Shown: piece after piece, positions 14,078 to 22,246 of the stretch
How positions within the stretch are numbered: the first letter of the stretch is position 1
Layout: every line of letters starts with the position of its first letter
Origin: an uncultured Gammaproteobacteria bacterium
GTDB taxonomy: Bacteria > Patescibacteriota > Patescibacteriia > 2-01-FULL-39-33
Direction: 5' to 3'
NCBI GenBank assembly: GCA_964363385.1
Contig: CAYIIA010000001.1
Coordinates: 1 to 25,019, forward strand
DNA: 25,019 nucleotides
The notes under the pieces: generated by a model
The model's database searches: none
Told to the model about the DNA's origin: nothing
The model's input: the letters and a program-made list of their open reading frames with translations, nothing else
Made by a program: the position numbers and the translations under genes

Positions 14078-15820
14078 TTATTCTCTATTCTTAATCTCTT
14101 CCAAAATCTCTTTGACAAACTCTCCCGCTTTCTTAGCTCCCAAGTCTCCAACGCCTCTCTTCCTCACCGAAACCGTATCCTCGGATTTTTCCTTCTCTCC
14201 CACCACTAGGATGTACGGCGTCTTTTCCTTTTCCGCGTTCCTAATCCTCTTGCCCAAGGATTCATTGCTGTCATCGAGCTCCACCCGGATATTATTCTTT
14301 TCAAAAATTTCCTTAACCTTTATTCCGTAGTCATTGAACTTTTCCGAAACCGGGATGATCTTTACCTGGTTGGGAGAAAGCCAGGTCGGGAAAGCGCCGG
14401 CGTAGCGTTCAATTAGGAGCGCCATGGTCCTTTCGTAAGCGCCGATGGAAGAGCGGTGGATGACAATGGGCCTGACTTCCTGGCCCTTCTCGTCAATGTA
14501 CGCCATATCGAATTTTTCCGGCAGAGCGAAGTCTATCTGCACTGTAATAATAGTATCTTCCTTGCCGAAAACATTCTTCATCTGGATATCCAGCTTCGGC
14601 CCGTAGAAAGCCGCTTCTCCCTCAGCCTCCTCGTATTTCATCTTGTTCTTGTCCAGGATTTTTTTCAGAGTCTTTTCCGACTGCTCCCAAGCTTTGGGAT
14701 TGTCTATGTATTTCCCCTTGTTGTTCTTGGGATCCCATTTGGAAAAGCGGTACCAGAAGTCGGAGAGCCCCAGAGTTTTCAAGATGTACTGTATCAGATC
14801 CAGGACGCCCTCGAATTCTTCTTCCAATTGATCCATCCGGCAGATGAGGTGGCCTTCGGAAAGGGTGAATTGCCGAAGCCGGATGAGGCCGTGCATCTCG
14901 CCGGAAGATTCATTCCGGAAAAGCGTGGAAGTTTCGTTGTAACGGATAGGCAGATCCCGATAGCTTCTTTTCTCGGCTTTGTAGATCTGGAATTGGAATG
15001 GGCAGGTCATGGGCCTTAGCGCCATTTCTTCGCCTGACGCGTCCAGGACGAACATGCCGTCCCGGTAGTGGTCCCAGTGCCCGGAAACTTTGTACAGATC
15101 GCTCTTGGCCAGATACGGCGTCATAGTCAGCTGGTAGCCTCTTTTCTTTTCTTCGTCCTCTATCCATCTCTGCAAAATCTGTTTAATAATGCTCCCCTTG
15201 GGAGTGAGTAAAGGCAGTCCCTGGCCGATGAGATCTGAGGTGATGAACAGCCCCAATTCCTTTCCTAATTTGTTGTGGTCCCTTTTTTCCGCTTCTTGGA
15301 GCATTTTTAAGTATTCCGCCAATTCTTCTTTGGTTCCGAAAGCCGTGCCATAGATCCTTTGGAGCATGGCGTTTTTTTCACTGCCTTTCCAGTAAGCCCC
15401 GGCCACTCTAAGCAGTTTGAAATTTCCCAATTCTTTAGTGGAAGAAACATGAGGTCCTCGGCAGAGATCTTCAAAATCCCCGACTTGGTAAAAGGAAACT
15501 TTTTTCTCGCCTTGGTTTTTTAAATCCTCGACCAATTCCAATTTGTACGGCTGGTCTTTTAGTTTATTTTCAGCTTCTTCAATTTTGACCTCCTTTTTAT
15601 TGAATTCCAGATTCTTTTTAATAATCTCTTTCATCTTCTGTTCAATCTTATCTAAATCTTCCAAGGAAAAAGTCTCGCCGTTTAAGTCAAAGTCATAATA
15701 AAATCCGTCGTCAATAGTCGGCCCGATGCCGAATTTGACGTCCTTAAAGAGCTCTTTGACGGCGTATGCCAGGATATGGCTCGTCGAGTGCCGGATAATG
15801 TCCAGTTTTTCTTTTTCCAT
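14078..15820 (-). CDS. thrS: Threonine--tRNA ligase (580 aa, lacking the N-terminal TGS domain)
   Basis: IRHSTSHILA, DLCRGPH, RPMTCP, GLIRLRQF, EAAFYGPKLD, IHRSSIGAYER. Start at ATG 15820, downstream of the T-box terminator. Confidence 0.97.
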   Translation of the reverse strand: MEKEKLDIIRHSTSHILAYAVKELFKDVKFGIGPTIDDGFYYDFDLNGETFSLEDLDKIEQKMKEIIKKNLEFNKKEVKIEEAENKLKDQPYKLELVEDLKNQGEKKVSFYQVGDFEDLCRGPHVSSTKELGNFKLLRVAGAYWKGSEKNAMLQRIYGTAFGTKEELAEYLKMLQEAEKRDHNKLGKELGLFITSDLIGQGLPLLTPKGSIIKQILQRWIEDEEKKRGYQLTMTPYLAKSDLYKVSGHWDHYRDGMFVLDASGEEMALRPMTCPFQFQIYKAEKRSYRDLPIRYNETSTLFRNESSGEMHGLIRLRQFTLSEGHLICRMDQLEEEFEGVLDLIQYILKTLGLSDFWYRFSKWDPKNNKGKYIDNPKAWEQSEKTLKKILDKNKMKYEEAEGEAAFYGPKLDIQMKNVFGKEDTIITVQIDFALPEKFDMAYIDEKGQEVRPIVIHRSSIGAYERTMALLIERYAGAFPTWLSPNQVKIIPVSEKFNDYGIKVKEIFEKNNIRVELDDSNESLGKRIRNAEKEKTPYILVVGEKEKSEDTVSVRKRGVGDLGAKKAGEFVKEILEEIKNRE

Positions 15821-15836
15821 ATATTTTGGGTTATTT

Positions 15837-16008
15837 AAAAAACCTCTCATCTCAAAACACATCTTTCGGATATATTTTGGGACGAGAGGATTTCCCGCGG
15901 TTCCACCCACATTCTTTGCCTGACGGGCAAAGCGCTTTTTGTCTGAACTTAGCCTGGTTTGAAGGGCCTCATTTAGAGGCAGGCGGTTGGTAGCCGTCTC
16001 AATCGTTT
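15837..16008 (-). promoter_or_regulatory. T-box riboswitch leader of thrS (transcriptional terminator type)
   Basis: The minus strand has AATGTGGGTGGAACCGCG...CTCGTCCC (T-box antiterminator), preceded by the stem III-like CTTTGCC/GGCAAAG and followed by a long terminator (15889-15843, GAAA loop) plus U6. Confidence 0.88.
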
Positions 16009-16014
16009 GACTTT

Positions 16015-16043
16015 ATTATATCCCTATCTAAAAAGGCCGTCAA
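16015..16043 (-). promoter_or_regulatory. thrS promoter TTGACG-17-TATAAT
   Basis: Read on the minus strand. The divergent argS promoter is TTGCCA(16051)-17-TAAAAT(16074). Confidence 0.75.
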
Positions 16044-16086
16044 ATTTTCATTGCCAAAATCCGTTTTTTCCGTTAAAATTACAGAT

Positions 16087-17793
16087 ATGGAATCAAGCAG
16101 CTATAAAATCAAGAAACAGATTTTGGATTTAGTCGCGCAAGCCGCTGGACCCAAGATAGATGTCAACCAGCTGGAAGTGGTTGTCCCTCCCTCGACAGAT
16201 ATGGGTGATTTAGCCGTGCCTTGTTTTTACCTTTCAAAACTGCTTCGCCGTTCGCCCAACCAGATTGCGGACGACCTGGCCAAGAAGATGTCTCCGGGAG
16301 GGATTATTAAATCCATCCAGAATGTCGGACCCTACCTTAACTTCTTCCTGACTCCGGAGATCTTGGCTAAGGAAGTGTTGAAGGAAATTAAAGACGCCAA
16401 GGAAGGATACGGTTGCATTAAAAAGAATAAGGAAAAGGTTATGATAGAGTACTCCCAGCCCAACACGCACAAGGAGGTCCACATCGGCCACTTGAGGAAC
16501 GCGGTCTTAGGCGCTTCGTTGGTCAATCTTTTCCGTTGCCAGGGATTCAAGGTAACCGCCGCGAACTATATCGGAGATATCGGATCGCACGTTGCCAAGT
16601 GCTTGTGGGCTCTGGACAAGTTCCATAAAAAAGAAAAACTGCCGGAAAACAAAGGTAAGTTCCTGGGACAGGTGTACACAGAAGCCGTGCAGAAAATCGA
16701 GGCCAACCCGGAATTCAAGAACCAGGCGGATGAGGTTTTGAGGAAATTGGAACAAGGAGACAAGAAGTGGATTTCTTTGTGGCAGAAAACCAGGAAATGG
16801 AGTTTGGATGAGTTCGACAAGATTTACAAGACCTTAAACATTAGATTCGATCACTTCTTCTTCGAGAGCGAAGTGGAAAAGCCGGGCAAGAAAATCGTGG
16901 CGGATCTTCTTAAAAAAGGTTTGGCTAAGAAGTCTGAAGGCGCCACGGTCATTGATCTGGAAAAACATAATCTTAAAACCTTTTTGCTTTTAAAATCAGA
17001 CGGCGCTTCCTTGTATTCCACCAAAGACCTGGCCTTAGCCCAGCTTAAATTCAAGAAGTTCAAAATAGACCGGAGCATTGTCTTAACCGACACCCGCCAG
17101 AATTTTTACTTCAGCCAACTTTTCAAGACTTTGGAGATAATGGGATTCAAACAGCCCATGTCGCATGTGCCGTATGAGTTTGTCACCCTGAGGGAAGGCG
17201 CCATGGCTTCCCGGACCGGTAACGTGGTCTTGTTTGAAGATTTTTTCCAGGAAGTGCTTTCCCGAGCAAGGATGGAAACGAAACAAAGGCACAAGGAATG
17301 GAGCGAGAAGAAGATAAATCTCACAGCAGAGAAAATTGCTCTCTCGGCCATTAAGTTCGGCATGCTTAAAGTGGGCAACAACAGTGTCATCGTCTTTGAT
17401 CTCGAAGAAGCTCTGAGCTTCGACGGTTTTTCCGGACCATACTTGCTTTACACCCTGAGCCGGATCAGCAGCGTTTTTAAGAAAAACAAATCTCAAAATG
17501 CCGGCCATATAGATTACCGCAAACTGGATACGGAAATTGAAAAAGAAATCCTTTTGAAACTCGCAGAATTTCCGGAAATATTAGTTAAGGCCAGAAAAGG
17601 GTTCGAACCGAGCGAAATAGCTAAATACCTTTTTGAACTCTCCCGCCTTTTCGCCAATTTCTACCAGACTGTTCCCATCCTTTCTTCTGCCAAGGAAAGC
17701 CGTCAAGCCAGATTAGCGCTCCTCCAGGCTATCCAAAAGGTATTAACCGATGGCTTGGCTGTTCTAGGCATTGAAACCCTGAAGGAAATGTAA
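16087..17793 (+). CDS. argS: Arginine--tRNA ligase (568 aa)
   Basis: GPYLNF, IEYSQPNTHKEVHIGHLRN, YIGDIG, LKSDGASLYSTKD, MASRTG, GPYLLY, RLFANFY. Start placed at ATG 16087. Confidence 0.97.
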   Translation: MESSSYKIKKQILDLVAQAAGPKIDVNQLEVVVPPSTDMGDLAVPCFYLSKLLRRSPNQIADDLAKKMSPGGIIKSIQNVGPYLNFFLTPEILAKEVLKEIKDAKEGYGCIKKNKEKVMIEYSQPNTHKEVHIGHLRNAVLGASLVNLFRCQGFKVTAANYIGDIGSHVAKCLWALDKFHKKEKLPENKGKFLGQVYTEAVQKIEANPEFKNQADEVLRKLEQGDKKWISLWQKTRKWSLDEFDKIYKTLNIRFDHFFFESEVEKPGKKIVADLLKKGLAKKSEGATVIDLEKHNLKTFLLLKSDGASLYSTKDLALAQLKFKKFKIDRSIVLTDTRQNFYFSQLFKTLEIMGFKQPMSHVPYEFVTLREGAMASRTGNVVLFEDFFQEVLSRARMETKQRHKEWSEKKINLTAEKIALSAIKFGMLKVGNNSVIVFDLEEALSFDGFSGPYLLYTLSRISSVFKKNKSQNAGHIDYRKLDTEIEKEILLKLAEFPEILVKARKGFEPSEIAKYLFELSRLFANFYQTVPILSSAKESRQARLALLQAIQKVLTDGLAVLGIETLKEM

Positions 17794-17830
17794 TCTTGTA
17801 TAAAGGAACAAGGAGGGATATAATCCAAAT

Positions 17831-18205
17831 ATGGAAAAGAAACATAAAATCCTAATCGTGGAAGACGAGCCGGAATTGGCGGAGATGTTTTCTTTGGGAT
17901 TAAGGGATGCTGGTTTTGAAGTCTTGGTTTTAAATGACGGTTTGGGAGTAGCGGTGAAGATAAAGGAGGCGAAGCCGGACTTGGTGCTTCTGGATCTGGT
18001 CATGCCGAACATGAACGGATATGAGGTTTTGAAGGAAACAAAAGACAAGACAAATTGCGCTATTTACGTCTGGAGCAATCTGACTCAGAGCAGAGAGATT
18101 AAGGAAGCTAAAAAATTGGGAGCGGACGGTTATCTAATTAAATCCGATTTCACGCCCAAAGGATTGGTGGAAAAAGTCAAAGAAATATTAAATCATAAGC
18201 AATAA
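17831..18205 (+). CDS. Single-domain response regulator (CheY-like receiver)
   Basis: ILIVEDE, DLVLLDLVMPNMNG, GADGYLIKSDFTP. Confidence 0.92.
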   Translation: MEKKHKILIVEDEPELAEMFSLGLRDAGFEVLVLNDGLGVAVKIKEAKPDLVLLDLVMPNMNGYEVLKETKDKTNCAIYVWSNLTQSREIKEAKKLGADGYLIKSDFTPKGLVEKVKEILNHKQ

Positions 18206-18208
18206 AGT

Positions 18209-18403
18209 ATGAAGCCAGTAGTAAGCGATGTCTGCATTGGTTGCGGCACTTGCGAAGCGATCTGTCCGGCCGTCTTCAAGGTTGAAGAAAAAGACGGCAA
18301 GATGATCGCCATCGTTCTAGATGCGGATTATGCCGCAGAAAAAGAAAGGATAGATGAATCAGCCTCGGCCTGCGCGGTTTCCGCCATCAGTTGGGAAGAA
18401 TAA
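18209..18403 (+). CDS. Monocluster ferredoxin
   Basis: CIGCGTCEAICP...CAVSAI. Confidence 0.9.
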   Translation: MKPVVSDVCIGCGTCEAICPAVFKVEEKDGKMIAIVLDADYAAEKERIDESASACAVSAISWEE

Positions 18404-18415
18404 AAGCAATCATGG

Positions 18416-18445
18416 AAGAACGGCGTTAAGGCCGTTCTTTTTTTG
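18416..18445 (+). terminator. Intrinsic terminator after the ferredoxin gene
   Basis: AAGAACGGC/GCCGTTCTT followed by a U-tract; it overlaps the -35 of the ileS promoter TTGACT(18444)-17-TAAGAT(18467). Confidence 0.8.
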
Positions 18446-18480
18446 ACTAAACCTGTAAATATTGTTAAGATTGGGGTATT

Positions 18481-21333
18481 ATGCTGACCATTTCCGATAA
18501 AGAAAAACAAATCCAGAAATTTTGGGAGGAAAACAAGATTTTTGAAAAAACCCTTGAAGCCACTAAGAACGGTCCGGTTTTCAATTTCTACGACGGACCG
18601 CCCTTTGCCACTGGCACCCCGCATTACGGACACCTGGTTGCCAGCCTCATAAAGGACGTCGTGCCTAGGTATTGGACCATGAAAGGGTATTATGTGGAAA
18701 GGATCTGGGGCTGGGACTGCCACGGTTTGCCCATTGAAAACATCGTGGAAAAAGAACTGAATTTCAAGAGTAAAAAGGAAATCGAAGATCTGGGCGTGGA
18801 GAAATTCAACGAGGCTTGCCAGTCCAAGGTTTTGATGTATGCCGAAGAGTGGAAGAAGACCATTTCCCGCTTCGGCAGATGGGTGAATATGGACGATGCC
18901 TACCGCACCATGGATTTGAAGTATATGGAAAGCATCTGGTATGTCTTCAAGGAACTCTGGAACAAGGATCTGATCTACGAAGGCTATAAATCCATGCATG
19001 TCTGCCCCAGATGCGAGACCACTCTTTCGCAGTCCGAGGTGACGGAAGGATACCGGGATATCAAGGACATTTCCTTGACCGCCAAATTCGAATTAGCCGA
19101 CGAACCCGGGACTTTTGTCCTGGCTTGGACCACGACGCCTTGGACTTTGCCGGGCAATGTGGCTTTGGCTGTGGGAGAAGAGATTGAGTATATCCAAGTT
19201 TCCAAAAAACAAATCGAACCAGGAGAAGAAAAAGAGAAATACATCCTGGCCAAGGAAAGGAGTTCTATTTTAAACGACGAATACAAAATTGAAAAAGAAT
19301 TCAAAGGCAGGGAATTAGTCGGTAAGAAGTATCTGCCTCTTTTCCCGTACTACCAGGAGCAAGAGATAAAGAACAAAGAAAATCTCTACACCATTGTCAG
19401 CGCGAATTTCGTCACGACCACGGACGGCACCGGCGTGGTGCATATCGCCCCGGCTTACGGCGAAGAAGACATGGTTTTGGGCAAAGAAAAGAACCTGGCG
19501 TTCATCCAGAACATCACTTTGAGCGGAAATTTCAAGGATGAAGTGGAGGAGTTTAAAGGCATGAATGTGAAGCCGGCTGAGGACACTAAAAAAACAGATA
19601 GGGTGGTTATTGAATATTTAAGGAAAAAAGACCTGCTTTTTTCGACGCAGGAGTATGAGCACAGCTATCCGCATTGCTGGCGTTGCGACACGCCTTTAAT
19701 CAATTACGCGACTTCTTCCTGGTTCGTCAAAGTGACGGCTATCAAGGAAAAAGCTTTGGAATTAGCCAAAGATATTAATTGGTTTCCGGGACATATGAAG
19801 GAAGGACGTTTCGGCAAGTGGTTGGAAGGCGCCAGGGATTGGTCCATTTCCCGCCAAAGATTCTGGGCTTCAGCCATTCCCATTTGGCGTTGCGAGTGCG
19901 GAGAGATCATGGTTTTCGGATCCATTAAAGATTTGGAAAAAGCGAGCGGGCAGAAGATTGAAGATCTGCACAAGCATATCGTGGATAAGATAGAAGTGGA
20001 TTGCAAATGCGGAAAGAAAGTGAAGAGAATCCCGGATGTTCTGGATTGTTGGTTTGAATCCGGCTCCATGCCTTACGCCCAGAAGCATTATCCTTTTGAA
20101 AACAAAAAAGAATTCGAGAATATCTTTCCGGCGCAGTTCATTGCCGAGGGTGTGGATCAGACCCGGGCTTGGTTCTATTACCTCCACATCATCTCGACCG
20201 CTCTTCGAAACCAGCCGGCTTTCAGAAATGTCATTGTCAACGGCATCATATTGGCAGAAGACGGAAAAAAGATGTCCAAGAAACTCCAGAATTATCCTGA
20301 ACCGGAAATCGTGATGGAAAAATACGGGGCGGACGCTTTAAGGTATTATCTCCTCTCCTCTCCAGTCATTGCCGCGGAGAACATGAATTTTTCCGAGTCC
20401 GAAGTCAAGGAAGCGATGCAGAAAGTCGTGATGCTCATCGGCAACGTCCTTAATTTCTACAAACTCTACCAGCCGGAATTGGAAAACAAAAAAACCATTG
20501 AAAGCGAGAACATCCTGGACCAGTGGCTGGCGGCCAAGCTTCATCTCCTGATCAAGGAAACGACGGAAGCGATGGAAAAATACAATCTGGCCAAGGCGGT
20601 CAGGCCGATCCAGTCTTTCATCGATGAGTTTTCCACTTGGTGGCTCAGGCGGAGCCGGGATCGTTTCAAGGGCGAAGACAAAAAAGACAAACAGAGCGCT
20701 TTGCAAGTCTTCCATTACGTTCTTCTGGAACTGTCCAAGATAATGGCTCCTTTCACGCCTTTCGTGGCTGAGGATATTTACTCTACAATCCAAGGCGGAG
20801 CCGAATCTGTGCATCTGGAAAAATACCCGAAATTTGACGAGGATCTCATTAACCATGAGCTGATCTCCCAAATGGATCAAGTAAGGAAGATTGTGGAACT
20901 GGGACTGGCAGCAAGGGCGGAAAAAGGGATTAAGATCCGCCAGCCTCTCTCCGCCATCAAAGTCTTTGGGTATGATCTGAATGAGTATCTGACCAAGCTG
21001 ATTGCGGAAGAATTGAATGTGAAGAAAGTGGAATTTGAAAAAGGGGGGATTAAGGCGGTCCTGGACACGGAACTTACAGAGGAATTGAAAGTGGAAGGCG
21101 CTTTCCGGGAGTTGACCCGGGTAATCAATGACCGGAGGAAGAAGGCCGGACTCACCATTAATGACCAGATAACTGTTTTTTGGAAAAGCGAAGGCTTGGC
21201 AGTCAGGAAGGTTTTTGCCGGCTTTGCCAAAGAATTAGCCAAAGCTACGATCGCTAAGGAATTTAAAGAAGAGGATAATCAAGGACCGGAGGCGGAAGTG
21301 AACGGGGAGAAGATTAAATTGGAGATAAGATAA
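18481..21333 (+). CDS. ileS: Isoleucine--tRNA ligase, type 2 (950 aa)
   Basis: YDGPPFATGTPHYGH, GWDCHGLP, WTTTPWTLP, DWSISRQRFW, DCWFESGSMP, EGVDQTRAWF, KMSKK. Confidence 0.96.
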   Translation: MLTISDKEKQIQKFWEENKIFEKTLEATKNGPVFNFYDGPPFATGTPHYGHLVASLIKDVVPRYWTMKGYYVERIWGWDCHGLPIENIVEKELNFKSKKEIEDLGVEKFNEACQSKVLMYAEEWKKTISRFGRWVNMDDAYRTMDLKYMESIWYVFKELWNKDLIYEGYKSMHVCPRCETTLSQSEVTEGYRDIKDISLTAKFELADEPGTFVLAWTTTPWTLPGNVALAVGEEIEYIQVSKKQIEPGEEKEKYILAKERSSILNDEYKIEKEFKGRELVGKKYLPLFPYYQEQEIKNKENLYTIVSANFVTTTDGTGVVHIAPAYGEEDMVLGKEKNLAFIQNITLSGNFKDEVEEFKGMNVKPAEDTKKTDRVVIEYLRKKDLLFSTQEYEHSYPHCWRCDTPLINYATSSWFVKVTAIKEKALELAKDINWFPGHMKEGRFGKWLEGARDWSISRQRFWASAIPIWRCECGEIMVFGSIKDLEKASGQKIEDLHKHIVDKIEVDCKCGKKVKRIPDVLDCWFESGSMPYAQKHYPFENKKEFENIFPAQFIAEGVDQTRAWFYYLHIISTALRNQPAFRNVIVNGIILAEDGKKMSKKLQNYPEPEIVMEKYGADALRYYLLSSPVIAAENMNFSESEVKEAMQKVVMLIGNVLNFYKLYQPELENKKTIESENILDQWLAAKLHLLIKETTEAMEKYNLAKAVRPIQSFIDEFSTWWLRRSRDRFKGEDKKDKQSALQVFHYVLLELSKIMAPFTPFVAEDIYSTIQGGAESVHLEKYPKFDEDLINHELISQMDQVRKIVELGLAARAEKGIKIRQPLSAIKVFGYDLNEYLTKLIAEELNVKKVEFEKGGIKAVLDTELTEELKVEGAFRELTRVINDRRKKAGLTINDQITVFWKSEGLAVRKVFAGFAKELAKATIAKEFKEEDNQGPEAEVNGEKIKLEIR

Positions 21334-21335
21334 GG

Positions 21336-21361
21336 AAGCCCGGCCTAAAGCCGGGCTTTTT
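21336..21361 (+). terminator. Intrinsic terminator after ileS
   Basis: AAGCCCGGC/GCCGGGCTT followed by TTT. Confidence 0.8.
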
Positions 21362-21433
21362 AAAACAAAAAGAAAACCCGCATGCCTGCGTAGGCTCACG
21401 AGCTTAATGGGCGCCGATGCGTCCGGTGCCGAT

Positions 21434-21565
21434 CTAATCGGCTGATTTTGCTTCCTCCGTTTTTTGCAACATTTTTTGGATCATTGAGGAATGAGTCAGG
21501 TCTGGGTTGAGTCCCAGTCCTGTAAGAGCATCCCGCAGTTTCAGTATCAAAGCGTCTGCTGTCAC
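21434..21565 (-). CDS. Small hypothetical protein (43 aa, MTADALILKLRDALTGLGLNPDLTHSSMIQKMLQKTEEAKSAD)
   Basis: GTG start with an AAGGAGG SD; dedicated perfect promoter TTGACA(21631-21626)-17-TATAAT(21608-21603). Confidence 0.6.
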   Translation of the reverse strand: MTADALILKLRDALTGLGLNPDLTHSSMIQKMLQKTEEAKSAD

Positions 21566-21673
21566 GGCATTTTCCTCCTTTTTTGTTTTTACCGTAAAAA
21601 CAATTATACCCTCCTGACCCAATATTGTCAAGAGGGATTGTTAATCTTTGAATATTGGTATAATATATACTAT

Positions 21674-22246
21674 ATGATCTCCTATCTCCAAGGCAAAATC
21701 CAATATAAATCAAATAACGTCAAAAAAGACAATTTTTTAATTGTCAACGTAAACGGCGTGGGCTACAAAGTTTACGTCCTGGATAAATTGTTAATGGAAA
21801 CAAAGTTAGAGCAGGAAATTGAGGTTTTTGTGTATACCCAAGTAGCGGAAACCGCTTTGGATCTTTTCGGCTTCAAGACCAAGGAGGAATTGGATTTTTT
21901 TGAATCCCTTATTTCCATTTCCGGCATTGGGCCAAAATCCGCCATGGATATTCTGCAGAAAGCCAAGATTGAAGACTTGAAATCCGCGGTTATGTCCAAC
22001 AACTCGGAGATCCTGAGTAAAGTTTCCGGCATCGGGCCGAAGACAGCTTTCAAAGTGGTGGCTGGATTAAAAGACAAATTCGGCAGTTTGGATTTAAATA
22101 TCGACGAAGGATTCGGAGACGCCCTAGAAGCATTAATTGGTTTAGGATACTCTGCCAGCCAAGCCAGGGACGCTTTAAGCCAATGCCAAGCGGAAGATAT
22201 GGGAGAAAAAGTGAAACAAGCTTTAAAGATCTTAGGGAAAAGATGA
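21674..22246 (+). CDS. ruvA: Holliday junction branch migration protein RuvA (190 aa)
   Basis: MISYLQG, NVNGVGY, LFGF, LISISGIGPKSA, KVSGIGPKTA, ALIGLGY. Start at ATG 21674. Confidence 0.96.
   Translation: MISYLQGKIQYKSNNVKKDNFLIVNVNGVGYKVYVLDKLLMETKLEQEIEVFVYTQVAETALDLFGFKTKEELDFFESLISISGIGPKSAMDILQKAKIEDLKSAVMSNNSEILSKVSGIGPKTAFKVVAGLKDKFGSLDLNIDEGFGDALEALIGLGYSASQARDALSQCQAEDMGEKVKQALKILGKR

Noticed and set aside
20272-20286. IleRS KMSKK instead of KMSKS
   Set aside because: The fifth position varies among type-2 IleRS. HYGH is the ordinary type-2 signature, so it is not evidence of anything new.
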